From the NCBI RefSeq assembly GCF_000025685.1, contig NC_013967.1, forward strand, positions 120,001 through 152,000: a stretch of DNA of 32,000 bases. Direction: 5' to 3'. The translations under genes were made by a program, and so were the position numbers. Within the stretch, counting starts at the first letter, position 1. Every line of letters begins with the position of its first letter. Below are positions 16,194 to 24,785 of the stretch, in pieces. The DNA is from Haloferax volcanii DS2 (GTDB taxonomy: Archaea; Halobacteriota; Halobacteria; Halobacteriales; Haloferacaceae). The notes under the pieces are model-generated. The model had not been told where the DNA came from. It saw only the letters and a program-made list of their open reading frames with translations, and searched no databases.

Positions 16194-16798
16194 TGCGGTT
16201 CGCACCCGGCTACCGACGGTTCGCACTCCCCGCCTTCGTCGGCGCGGCGGTCGCGGCGGTCGTCTTCCCGCCCCTCGGGGCCGTGCTGCTCGCGGTCGGC
16301 GCGTTCGTCCTCTGGTTCTTCCGGGACCCCGAGCGCTCGCCGCCCGACGAACCGGGCGTCGTCGCCCCCGCCGACGGGCGCGTCTCCGTGATTCGCGTCG
16401 AGGACGGGCGCGTCCGCGTGGGCGTGTTCATGAACGTCACCGACGTGCACGTCAACCGCGCGCCCGTCTCCGGTTCGGTCCGAACCGTCACCCACCGCCC
16501 CGGCGCGCACAAACCGGCGTTCTCGAAGGACTCCGACCGCAACGAGCGCGTCGATATCGAACTCGACACCGACGCGGGCGACCACGAAGTGTCGCTCATC
16601 GCCGGCGCGTTCGCCCGGCGGATTCACTCGTACGTCGCGCCCGGCGACGAACTCGTCCGCGGCCAGAAACTCGGCCACATCGACTTCGGCTCGCGGGCCG
16701 ACGTGCTGTTACCACCGGAGTTCGGCTCCGAAGACGTGGTCGTCGAGAAGGGTGAGTCGGTGCGGGCGGGCGAGACGGTGTTGGCGCGGCGGGAGTGA
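16193..16798 (+). CDS. Phosphatidylserine/archaetidylserine decarboxylase-related proenzyme
   Basis: ORF 16163..16798, trimmed to ATG 16193, which overlaps the RFC stop (TAATG). It has N-terminal TM segments, then FMNVTDVHVNRAP and a GS self-cleavage-type site in GHIDFGSRAD. Confidence 0.85.
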   Translation: MRFAPGYRRFALPAFVGAAVAAVVFPPLGAVLLAVGAFVLWFFRDPERSPPDEPGVVAPADGRVSVIRVEDGRVRVGVFMNVTDVHVNRAPVSGSVRTVTHRPGAHKPAFSKDSDRNERVDIELDTDAGDHEVSLIAGAFARRIHSYVAPGDELVRGQKLGHIDFGSRADVLLPPEFGSEDVVVEKGESVRAGETVLARRE

Positions 16799-16943
16799 GC
16801 GTCGCTGTCGGCGTTGGCCGTCTCGCCCACCTTGCTGTTCTGTTCGACGGTGAGCCTCGGGAACGCCTCGCAGCCCATCGGTGATAGATACACAAACCAG
16901 TAGCACCTCGGCCCTCGACTGGGCAAATATTGTTCCCCTGGCC

Positions 16944-16951
16944 ATATTTAT
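16944..16951 (+). promoter_or_regulatory. TATA-like box in the AT-rich region upstream of the urease cluster
   Basis: ATATTTAT, followed by CCTAAATG at 16952-16959, lies inside the only AT-rich stretch (about 16920-16990) of the psd-ureB intergenic region. Confidence 0.3.
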
Positions 16952-17038
16952 CCTAAATGTCTCGAATATGTCGCTAAAGATGTGTGAATACCCACTTGGT
17001 CATTCCGACACGAACGCGTCCGTTCGGTGTGTGTCGCT

Positions 17039-17458
17039 ATGACCGGCGAGTTCGTTCCCGGTGAGGTCATCACCGCCGACGGGACCATCACGCTGAACGA
17101 GGGGCGAGAGACGGCCGAGGTGACGGTGGGGAACACCGGCGACCGGCCGATACAGGTCGGCTCTCACTTCCATTTCTTCGAGGCGAACGCCGCGCTGTCG
17201 TTCGACCGCGAGGCGGCCTACGGGATGCGGCTGAACATCCCCGCGGGGACCGCGGTCCGGTTCGAACCCGGCGACCAAACGTCGGTCGAACTGGTCGCTA
17301 TCGGCGGCAAGCGCCGAGCCCACGGGATGAACGGGATGGTCAACGGCAGCGTCGACACCGACCCGAGCGCCGCCGTCGAGCGCCTGCGCGCGGCCGGGTT
17401 CGCTGACACCGGCGCTCCCGACGACGAACACGGCACCGCGGAGGGGTCGAGCGAATGA
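17039..17458 (+). CDS. ureB: Urease subunit beta
   Basis: ORF 17027..17458. [50 protein letters not shown] is a canonical UreB sequence. I prefer ATG 17039 to GTG 17027. Confidence 0.92.
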   Translation: MTGEFVPGEVITADGTITLNEGRETAEVTVGNTGDRPIQVGSHFHFFEANAALSFDREAAYGMRLNIPAGTAVRFEPGDQTSVELVAIGGKRRAHGMNGMVNGSVDTDPSAAVERLRAAGFADTGAPDDEHGTAEGSSE

Positions 17459-19161
17459 CGAAGGACATCGACCGCGAGGCCTACGCCGACCTGTACGGCC
17501 CCTCGGAGGGCGACCGCGTCCGACTGGCCGACACCGAACTGTTCGCCGAGGTCGAGACGGACCTCCGGACGCACGGCGACGAGGCCGTCTTCGGCGGCGG
17601 GAAGACGCTCCGCGACGGTCTGGGGATGGCCCCCGACGTGACCCAAGCAGACGGGGCGCTGGACTGGGTCATCACGAACGCGACCGTCATCGACCCGGTT
17701 CTCGGCGTCGTCGCCGGCGACATCGGCATCCGCGACGGCGACATCGTCGGCGTCGGCAAGGCGGGCAACCCCGACACGATGGACGGCGTGGACATGGTCG
17801 TCGGCCCGGCGACCGACGTCTACCCGGCCGAGGGGAAGATTGCGACCGCCGGCGCGCTCGACATCCACGTTCACTGGAACTCCGCGCAACTGCACGAACA
17901 CGGGCTGGCGTCCGGCATCACGACGATGCTCGGCGGCGGCTACGGCGGCGGCGCGACGACCTGCACGACCGGCCCGCAGAACATCAAGCGGTTCCTCCAA
18001 GCCGCCGAGGCGTGGCCCGTCAACGTCGGCTTCTACGGCAAGGGGAACGCGTCCACGCCCGAACCCCTCATCGAGCAGGTCGAAGCCGGCGCGTGCGCGC
18101 TCAAACTGCACGAGGACTGGGGGTCGATGCCCGCGGCAATCGACACCTGCCTCGACGTGGCCGAAGACGAGGACGTACAGGTGTGTATGCACACGGACAC
18201 GCTGAACGAGGCCGGCTTCGTCGAGAACACGTTCGCGGCCGTCGACGGCCGGACGATGCACCTGTTCCACATCGAGGGCGCGGGCGGCGGTCACGCCCCC
18301 GACATCATGGAACTGGTTGGCGAGCCGAACATGCTCCCGTCGTCGACGAACCCCTCGATGCCGTACACGGACAACACGTTCGACGAGCACCTCGACATGG
18401 TGATGGTGTGTCACCATCTCAACCCCGACGTGCCCGAGGACGTGGCGTTCGCGGAATCGCGGGTGCGCGCCGAGACCATCGCCGCCGAGGACGTGCTCCA
18501 CGACATGGGCGCGATTTCGATGATGACGACCGACTCGCAGGCGATGGGTCGGCAGGCCGAACTCGTCTCGCGGACGTGGCAGGCCGCCTCGAAGATGAAG
18601 TCCCAACGCGGGCCGCTCCCCGAAGACGAGGGGACCGGCGCGGACAACCACCGCATCAAGCGCTACCTGGCGAAGTACACCATCAATCCCGCGATATCCG
18701 CGGGTATCGACGACTACGTCGGCACGCTCGAACCCGGCAAACTCGCGGACGTGGTGCTGTGGGACCCCGCGTTCTTCGGCGTCAAGCCGGCGATGATATT
18801 CAAAGGCGGCTTCCCCGTCCACTCGGAGATGGGCGAGGCCAACGGCTCGTTGATGACGTGCGAACCGATTCTCCAGCGCCAGCGGGCCGGCGCGGACGGC
18901 AAGGCCAAACACGGCCTCTCGCTGTCGTTCGTCTCCCCGGCCGCCGCCGACAACGACGTCGGCGAGGCGTACGGCCTCGACTCGCGGGTCGTCCCGGTGG
19001 GCGGCACGCGCACGCCCGGCAAGGAGGACATGCTGTACAACGACTACTGCCCCGACGACATCGACGTCGACCCCGAGACGTTCGAGGTCGAAGTCGACGG
19101 CGAACTCGTCACCTGCGAACCGGCTTCCGAACTCCCCCTCGCACAGCGGTACACGCTATGA
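17455..19161 (+). CDS. ureC: Urease subunit alpha
   Basis: 568-aa ORF. Contains HVHW, the carbamylated-lysine region [15 protein letters not shown], and the other nickel-ligand regions of UreC. Its start overlaps the ureB stop (ATGA). Confidence 0.97.
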   Translation: MTKDIDREAYADLYGPSEGDRVRLADTELFAEVETDLRTHGDEAVFGGGKTLRDGLGMAPDVTQADGALDWVITNATVIDPVLGVVAGDIGIRDGDIVGVGKAGNPDTMDGVDMVVGPATDVYPAEGKIATAGALDIHVHWNSAQLHEHGLASGITTMLGGGYGGGATTCTTGPQNIKRFLQAAEAWPVNVGFYGKGNASTPEPLIEQVEAGACALKLHEDWGSMPAAIDTCLDVAEDEDVQVCMHTDTLNEAGFVENTFAAVDGRTMHLFHIEGAGGGHAPDIMELVGEPNMLPSSTNPSMPYTDNTFDEHLDMVMVCHHLNPDVPEDVAFAESRVRAETIAAEDVLHDMGAISMMTTDSQAMGRQAELVSRTWQAASKMKSQRGPLPEDEGTGADNHRIKRYLAKYTINPAISAGIDDYVGTLEPGKLADVVLWDPAFFGVKPAMIFKGGFPVHSEMGEANGSLMTCEPILQRQRAGADGKAKHGLSLSFVSPAAADNDVGEAYGLDSRVVPVGGTRTPGKEDMLYNDYCPDDIDVDPETFEVEVDGELVTCEPASELPLAQRYTL

Positions 19162-19553
19162 AACTCACCCCGAAAGAACAGGAACGGCTCACGGTCTTCA
19201 CCGCCGCAGAGGTCGCTCGACGCCGCAAGGAGCGCGGCGTCCCGCTGAACCACCCCGAAGCGGTCGCGTACATCACCGACTGGTGTATCGAGCGCGGCCG
19301 GGACGGACAGTCCGTCGCCGAGATTCGCTCCGGGGCGTCGCAGTTGCTCGGCCGCGAGGATGTCATGGACGGCGTCCCCGAGATGATTGACATGATTCAG
19401 GTCGAACCGATGTTCCCCGACGGCACCAAGCTCGTCACCGTCCACGACCCCATCAGGTCCGACAGCGTCGGCACCGCCGATTCGACGGCGGACGCGGCGA
19501 CCGACGGGGGCGACACAGACGACATCGACACGAGCGGGGGTGACGACGCGTGA
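19158..19553 (+). CDS. ureA: Urease subunit gamma, with a roughly 32-aa acidic C-terminal extension
   Basis: [39 protein letters not shown]... is in the frame of ORF 18012..19553. ATG 19158 overlaps the ureC stop (ATGA). Confidence 0.93.
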   Translation: MKLTPKEQERLTVFTAAEVARRRKERGVPLNHPEAVAYITDWCIERGRDGQSVAEIRSGASQLLGREDVMDGVPEMIDMIQVEPMFPDGTKLVTVHDPIRSDSVGTADSTADAATDGGDTDDIDTSGGDDA

Positions 19554-20173
19554 GCCTCACGCACCGCGACGTGGCGACGGTCGGTATCGGCGGGCCCGTG
19601 GGATCGGGCAAGACGTCGCTTCTGACCGAACTCGTGCCGCAGCTTCGCGAACGGGGGTTGAACGTCGGCGTCATCGCCAACGACATCCTCACGCAGGAAG
19701 ACGCCGACGTGTTGCGCGAGCGGTTCGCCGGGGTCGTCCCCGAGAGCCTCGTCGCGGGCGTCGAGACCGGCGCGTGCCCGCACACGGGCATCCGGGAGGA
19801 CCCGTCGATGAACCTCCAGCAGATAGACGACTTCCTCGCGGACCACCCCGAGCTAGATATCGTGCTGATAGAGAGCGGCGGCGACAACCTCGCGGCGACG
19901 TTCAACCCCGAGCTCGCGGACTACTCGCTGTACGTCATCAGCGTCGCGGAGGGCGACGACATCCCGCGGAAGCGCGGCCCCGGCGTCGTCGACTGCGACC
20001 TGCTCGTCATCAACAAGACCGACCTCGCGCCGCACGTCGACGCCGACCTCGACGTGATGGAGCGGGACGCGAAGGCGGTCCGAAGCGGGCCGTTCGTCTT
20101 CACCGACTGTCGTTCTCAGACGGGCATCGAGGAGGTGCTGACGCACGTTCGCGAAGGGGTGCTGTTCGCCTGA
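19550..20173 (+). CDS. ureG: Urease accessory GTPase UreG
   Basis: 207-aa ORF. Contains the P-loop [16 protein letters not shown], and NKTDL. GTG 19550 overlaps the ureA stop (GTGA). Confidence 0.95.
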   Translation: MSLTHRDVATVGIGGPVGSGKTSLLTELVPQLRERGLNVGVIANDILTQEDADVLRERFAGVVPESLVAGVETGACPHTGIREDPSMNLQQIDDFLADHPELDIVLIESGGDNLAATFNPELADYSLYVISVAEGDDIPRKRGPGVVDCDLLVINKTDLAPHVDADLDVMERDAKAVRSGPFVFTDCRSQTGIEEVLTHVREGVLFA

Positions 20174-21072
20174 TGGCCGCCGACTCGCCCCCGCCGTCGT
20201 TCGAACGGTACGCGGCGGAGCCCGTCCCGCAGGCGGCGGTCGGCGCACCGGGAAAAGACGGCGTCCTCGAACTGACGTTCGAGCGGACCAGCCGCGGGAC
20301 GGCGCTCGTCCACGACTACGCGACCGTGCCGTTCCATATTTCGGGAACGCTCGGCCACGACCCGCACCCCGAGGCAGAGACGGTGTTCGTCCAGTCGCCG
20401 ACCGGCGGCGTCGCCCAAGGCGACCGCCACGACCTGACCATCGCGGTCGAAGCCGACGCAATCGCGCACGTCTCGACGCAGAGTTCGACGAAGGTGCAGA
20501 CGATGGAGCGCAACTACGCCGGCGTCGACACCGCGCTGTCGGTCGCCGCCGGCGGCCACCTCGACTACGTGCCGGAGCCGACGATTCTCCACGCGGACGC
20601 CCGGTACACGCAAGACCTGCGTCTCGACGTCGCAGACGGCGCGACGGCTATCGTCGGCGACGTGGTCGTCTCGGGGCGACTCGCCCGCGGCGAGCGGTTC
20701 GAGTTCGACCGCTATCGCTCTCGACTGCGCGCGACCGGCCCGGACGGCCTCCTGTTCGAGGACGCCACGCATCTCGCGCCCGACGAGTCGGACCCGAGCG
20801 CGCCGGGACTCCTCGGTGAGCACGCGGTCTACGGGACCCTGTTCGTCGTCGCGCCGGGCCGAGACGCGGCCTCGTTGAGCGACGACCTCCACGAGGCGGT
20901 CGCGGCTACCGACGCCCGCGCCGGCGCGACCGAACTGCCGAACGACGCCGGTGTCGCGGTTCGCGCGCTCGGTGACTGCGCGGACACCGTCCGGACCGCG
21001 TGCGACGCCGCCTGGGACCGTGCGCGGCGGGCGTTACTCGACGCCTCCGCGCCGTCCGGGAGGAAGTACTGA
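20173..21072 (+). CDS. ureD: Urease accessory protein UreD
   Basis: The 3' part of ORF 19540..21072, from ATG 20173, which overlaps the ureG stop. Call rests on UreD-like length and position, and on motifs such as VFVQSPTGGVAQGD. Confidence 0.85.
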   Translation: MAADSPPPSFERYAAEPVPQAAVGAPGKDGVLELTFERTSRGTALVHDYATVPFHISGTLGHDPHPEAETVFVQSPTGGVAQGDRHDLTIAVEADAIAHVSTQSSTKVQTMERNYAGVDTALSVAAGGHLDYVPEPTILHADARYTQDLRLDVADGATAIVGDVVVSGRLARGERFEFDRYRSRLRATGPDGLLFEDATHLAPDESDPSAPGLLGEHAVYGTLFVVAPGRDAASLSDDLHEAVAATDARAGATELPNDAGVAVRALGDCADTVRTACDAAWDRARRALLDASAPSGRKY

Positions 21073-21731
21073 TGCTCGTCGCCGACACCTACCTCGGCCA
21101 CCGGGACGACCCGGCGGTCCGAGGTAGACTGGACGAGGCCGACGCCGCCCGCGTGGTGCTGTCCGACGACGACCGACGGCGCTCGCGCGTCAGAACCGAG
21201 ACCGAAGACGGCCGGGATCTCGGCGTCGTCGTCGGGCGCGAACTCGACGACGGCGACGTGCTCGAAACGGAGACTGGCGACCTCGTCGTGGTCGAACTCG
21301 CGGCTATCGACGTGCTCGTCGTCGACGTGGGCGCCGCCGACGTGTCCACGACCGCCGCGGTGGAACTGGGTCACGCGCTCGGCAACCGCCACTGGAACCT
21401 CGCCATCCGTGACGGCGAGGCGCTGTTCCCGGTTCCCGACACCTACGAGCGGATGGAAGCGACCGTCGCGGACCACCTCCCGCCGGGCGTGACGACCCGA
21501 CGCGAGACCGTCTCGCCGGCTCTCTTCGACGGCGACGAACCCGACCACGGCCACGGCGGGCACGGTCACGGTGGACACGACCACAGCCACGAGCATGGCG
21601 GACACGGCCACAGCCACGGCGAGCACAGTCACGACCATGACGACGGGCACAGTCATGGCCACGACCACGATGATGGACACGACCACAGCCACGACGGCCT
21701 GCTCCGGTCCGCTCGGGGGGACGAGCGATGA
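21072..21731 (+). CDS. ureE: Urease accessory metallochaperone UreE with a His-rich tail
   Basis: From ATG 21072, which overlaps the ureD stop. Contains GHALGNRHW (UreE core). The C-terminal roughly 50 residues contain about 20 His. Confidence 0.85.
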   Translation: MLVADTYLGHRDDPAVRGRLDEADAARVVLSDDDRRRSRVRTETEDGRDLGVVVGRELDDGDVLETETGDLVVVELAAIDVLVVDVGAADVSTTAAVELGHALGNRHWNLAIRDGEALFPVPDTYERMEATVADHLPPGVTTRRETVSPALFDGDEPDHGHGGHGHGGHDHSHEHGGHGHSHGEHSHDHDDGHSHGHDHDDGHDHSHDGLLRSARGDER

Positions 21732-22417
21732 CCGACGGCGCTCGGCTCGAATCCTTTCGGTTGGCCGATTCGTTCCTCCCGGTCGGGACGTACACCGCCT
21801 CGTACGGCCTCGAGCAGTTCGTTCAGGAAGAGCTGATCTCCGACGCCGACGACCTCCGGGCGTTGCTATCGACGTATCTCAAACAGCAGGTCGGCCCGTG
21901 CGAACTGGTCGCGCTTCGGGCGGCTCACACCGCCGCCCGCGACGGCGACTTCGACGCGGTCTGTCGCGCCGACCGCCGCCTGACCGCGGCGACGCTGTCC
22001 AAGGAGTTCAGAAAGAGCGCCCGACAGTCCGGCAACCGCCTCCTCTCGCTCCAGCGGGAGCTCCGCGAGTCGCCCCTCCTCGACGAGTACGCCGAGGCCG
22101 TCGACGCCGGCGACGCGACCGGGAACTACGCCGTCGTCCTCGGCGTCGCCGCCGCGAGCGCGGACATCGACGCCTCGGAGGCGTGTCTGCTCTGTTGTCA
22201 CGGCTTCGTGACCGGACTCGTCGGGGCCGCCCAGCGGGTGCTCTCGCTCGGACACACCGACGCCCAGCGGATTCTCCACGACCTCCAGCCGGTGATGACC
22301 GAGGCCGCCGCCGACAGCGCCGACCGAGGGATAGACGAGATGTCGCCGTTCGCGCCACTCATCGACGTTCTCTCCGCGAATCACGAGCGCGCCGACCGGC
22401 GGCTGTTCATGAGCTAA
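21728..22417 (+). CDS. ureF: Urease accessory protein UreF
   Basis: 229-aa ORF whose start overlaps the ureE stop (ATGA). Contains LADSFLPVGTYTASYGLEQ, typical of UreF. Confidence 0.88.
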   Translation: MTDGARLESFRLADSFLPVGTYTASYGLEQFVQEELISDADDLRALLSTYLKQQVGPCELVALRAAHTAARDGDFDAVCRADRRLTAATLSKEFRKSARQSGNRLLSLQRELRESPLLDEYAEAVDAGDATGNYAVVLGVAAASADIDASEACLLCCHGFVTGLVGAAQRVLSLGHTDAQRILHDLQPVMTEAAADSADRGIDEMSPFAPLIDVLSANHERADRRLFMS

Positions 22418-22506
22418 GTCGGGCCGGGCGACCGCCGCCAGCGCGCCGTCCCGGCGAGGGATGTCGAGCACACAAGGCACTTAACGTGACAGATGAACAA
22501 CCTCTC

Positions 22507-22956
22507 ATGCAGCGCAGACAGGTCCTCGCGTCTCTCGGCTCGCTCGCCCTCCTCTCGGGATGTCTCGGCGGCCCCGCCGAATCCCCGACCGAGACGACGA
22601 CCACGACCGGAACCAACACCTCCGAGTCGGAGTCGACCGAATCCGGACGGGCCGCGACCACCACGAGCGACTGCGGTCGGACGGAGTTCTGCGAGGGGTC
22701 GGAGCTCGTTCGCGTCCGGGTCGACGGTGGCTTCTCCGGCAAAGTCGTGTTGAACCCCGCGTGCCGCGAGAGCGACATCGAACTCTCGCCCGGCGAGACG
22801 GAGACGCTCATCCGACAGACCGACGCCGAGACCTGCGACGTGGAACTCCTCGTCGACGGCGAAGTGGCCTACGACGGGCGGATTCAGGACTACGAGTACG
22901 TGATGGTGCGCGTCGGCTCGGACGGGGAAATCTCACTGCAGAAGGAAGTCCTCTAA
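22507..22956 (+). CDS. Secreted Tat-type lipoprotein, function unknown (149 aa)
   Basis: MQRRQVLASLGSLALLSGCLG has a twin-arginine motif plus a lipobox Cys. It is followed by a Thr/Ser/Glu-rich linker and a 4-Cys beta-rich domain. This is the 3' part of ORF 21571..22956. Confidence 0.65.
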   Translation: MQRRQVLASLGSLALLSGCLGGPAESPTETTTTTGTNTSESESTESGRAATTTSDCGRTEFCEGSELVRVRVDGGFSGKVVLNPACRESDIELSPGETETLIRQTDAETCDVELLVDGEVAYDGRIQDYEYVMVRVGSDGEISLQKEVL

Positions 22957-22994
22957 CGGTCTCAGTCGCCTCCAGTCATCTCCGGTCGCCTCGG

Positions 22995-23201
22995 CTACCG
23001 GCGCGTCTCGACGGCCAGCACCACGACCGAGACGACGAGCGAGAGGACCGCCACCACGAGACCGAACAGGTAAGACGGGTTCGAACTGGGGTTCGACAGG
23101 AGCGACACCAGCAGGAACGACGACCCCATCGCGACGATAGCCATCGCCCGCGGGTCGGGGTCGTACGCCTCGGCGAGGGTCTCTCGAACCGTGCGCGACA
23201 T
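22995..23201 (-). CDS. Small hypothetical membrane protein (68 aa, 2 TM)
   Basis: ORF-track entry with two hydrophobic helices. No homology that I recognise. Confidence 0.4.
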   Translation of the reverse strand: MSRTVRETLAEAYDPDPRAMAIVAMGSSFLLVSLLSNPSSNPSYLFGLVVAVLSLVVSVVVLAVETRR

Positions 23202-23302
23202 GCCTCCGCTTCGACGCGCTCGCTCATAGCCTTGTCGCGCGGTTGAACAAACCCGTCTCGGCTGCGGCCGTGTCGGAGCCGCCGCACCGCCGCCGATTCC
23301 GA

Positions 23303-24268
23303 CTACCGATGCAGCAGATGCACGTACCGCACCAGCGACCGGTGGACCCGTCGCTCGAACACTCGTTCGACCCCCCAGCCGGCGTCCTCGGCCGCCTCAG
23401 CCCACGACCGGTCGGCAACCATCACGCACTCGGGGGCGACCCGGCGGACCTCCGCCAGCGCGCCGCCGACGAGGTCCGCAAGCGAGTGGCGGGCGATTTT
23501 TGACTGCCGGCCGTAGGGGGCGTCGAACACCGCGCCGTCCATCGAATCGTCGCGGAGGGGGAGCGCGGTGGCGTCGCCGCGGACCACGTCGCCGGAGCCG
23601 ACGTAGTGACGCAGGTTCTCCCGCGCGCCGCCGACCATCTTCGCTTGGGCGTCGACGCCGACTACGTCGGCACCGACGAGGCCGGCTTCGAGGAGGACGC
23701 CGCCGGTGCCGCACATCGGGTCCAGAATTCGGGCACCGGGCTCCGCGCCGGCCATGTTGACGAAGGCGCGGGCGTCCACGGGGGCCATGCTGCCCGGCTG
23801 GAAAAACGGCCGGTCGGTCGGTTTCCGGTCGGTGAAGTCGCGGACGGCCTCGACGGCGGTCCAGCCGACGAGACAGGCGTCCTCGGAGAAGCAGACCCGT
23901 AGCTCGTGGTCGGGGTCGTCCAAGTCGACGCCGAAGCCGCGGTCGACGAGCGCCGACCCGAGTTCGCGCTCGGCGTCGGTCGTGCTGATACCGGTGAGTC
24001 CTCGCACGTCGCGGGCGCGGACGGCGACGGTCCCCTCGCGGTCGACGTTCGCGGCCGCGACGACGGCGCGGGCGGCCTCGATGTCGGGGGCGCATCGCCC
24101 GACCAGTTCGACGACGCGCCGGGTGTAGGCGAGTCGCCTCGCGCGCTCCGGTTCGACGCCGCGGGCGGTGGCGAGGCCGGGGGCGACGACCGTCACGCCC
24201 GTCGCGGCCGCCTCGGCCTCGCGGGCGGCGAAGGCGTCTTCCTCGCCGGCGAGTTCCAATCCGTACAC
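23303..24268 (-). CDS. THUMP-domain tRNA (guanine-N2) methyltransferase (Trm-G10 / aTrm11-like)
   Basis: ORF 23303..24748. Contains the SAM-binding ILDPMCGTGG and the catalytic DAPYG. I propose the start at in-frame GTG 24268, which gives MYGLELAGEEDAF, a typical family N-terminus. The upstream part of the ORF overlaps the opposite-strand gene and is Arg-rich. Confidence 0.82.
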   Translation of the reverse strand: MYGLELAGEEDAFAAREAEAAATGVTVVAPGLATARGVEPERARRLAYTRRVVELVGRCAPDIEAARAVVAAANVDREGTVAVRARDVRGLTGISTTDAERELGSALVDRGFGVDLDDPDHELRVCFSEDACLVGWTAVEAVRDFTDRKPTDRPFFQPGSMAPVDARAFVNMAGAEPGARILDPMCGTGGVLLEAGLVGADVVGVDAQAKMVGGARENLRHYVGSGDVVRGDATALPLRDDSMDGAVFDAPYGRQSKIARHSLADLVGGALAEVRRVAPECVMVADRSWAEAAEDAGWGVERVFERRVHRSLVRYVHLLHR

Positions 24269-24386
24269 GCTCGGACCTGACGGGCCGCGGAAATGAGGGT
24301 ATCGGTCGTCGTCGCGCCCGCGGGGGCGTCGGCCGGCCCGGACCGACCGCGGCTCCGCTGATCCTGACACCTCGACGACGGCGAGA

Positions 24387-24394
24387 CTTATATT
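24387..24394 (+). promoter_or_regulatory. TATA box for the 24416 gene
   Basis: CTTATATT is centred about 25 nt upstream of ATG 24416 (leaderless geometry). Confidence 0.45.
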
Positions 24395-24415
24395 GGGCGC
24401 TCCGAATCCACTCGC

Positions 24416-24727
24416 ATGACCTCTCACGACGCCATCCTCTGGGGCGCGGCGGCGCTCACCTGCGGGCTCGGTGACTACGTCACGACCGTCCTCGGAGTCA
24501 GGACGGCGGGCGTGCAGGAAGGCAATCCCCTCGTGCGACGCCTCTCCGGCGGCGACCCCGGTCCCGGCTCGTTCGCGGTGTTGAAGCTCGTCTCGGTCGC
24601 GCTGTTCTTCGCGGCCTACTGGGCGCTCAAGCCGGCGGTCGCCCGACTCGCAGTTCCACTCTCGCTGACAGTTCTCGGCGCGGTCGTCACCGCTCGAAAC
24701 GCCCGGATTATTCACCGCCGCGCGTAA
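24416..24727 (+). CDS. Small membrane protein (resembles the DUF5658 type)
   Basis: 103-aa ORF. Contains GDYVTTVLGVRTAGVQEGNPL, a motif I associate with DUF5658, and about 3 TM segments. Confidence 0.6.
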   Translation: MTSHDAILWGAAALTCGLGDYVTTVLGVRTAGVQEGNPLVRRLSGGDPGPGSFAVLKLVSVALFFAAYWALKPAVARLAVPLSLTVLGAVVTARNARIIHRRA

Positions 24728-24748
24728 GCTGTCATTCCCTCGCACCAA

Positions 24749-24766
24749 TCTTTTTAACCCTTAAAT
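24749..24766 (+). promoter_or_regulatory. TATA-like elements upstream of tbp
   Basis: CTTTTTAA (24749-24756) and CTTAAATA (24759-24766) lie 33 and 24 nt upstream of ATG 24786. A third copy, CTTAAATC, is at 24772-24779. Confidence 0.5.
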
Positions 24767-24785
24767 ACGTGACTTAAATCGTTGT

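Noticed and set aside
17218-18912. A 564-aa minus-strand ORF opposite ureC. Similar long shadow ORFs occur at 13234..15048, 8103..9323, 9425..11101, 25339..26541, 29787..31064 and 5560..6444
   Set aside because: Each overlaps a gene with clear homology on the other strand or in another frame. All are Arg/Gly/Pro/Val-rich, which is basic or compositionally implausible for a halophile proteome, and none has recognisable motifs. They are GC-driven artefacts.
20829-21692. A 287-aa minus-strand ORF whose N-terminus (MAVVVSIIVVVAMTVPVVMVVTVLAVAVAV...) looks like a multi-TM protein
   Set aside because: The Val-rich stretch is simply the reverse-complement reading of the His/Asp codon tract (CAC/GAC read as GTG/GTC) in the UreE tail. 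The rest is antisense to ureE and ureD.
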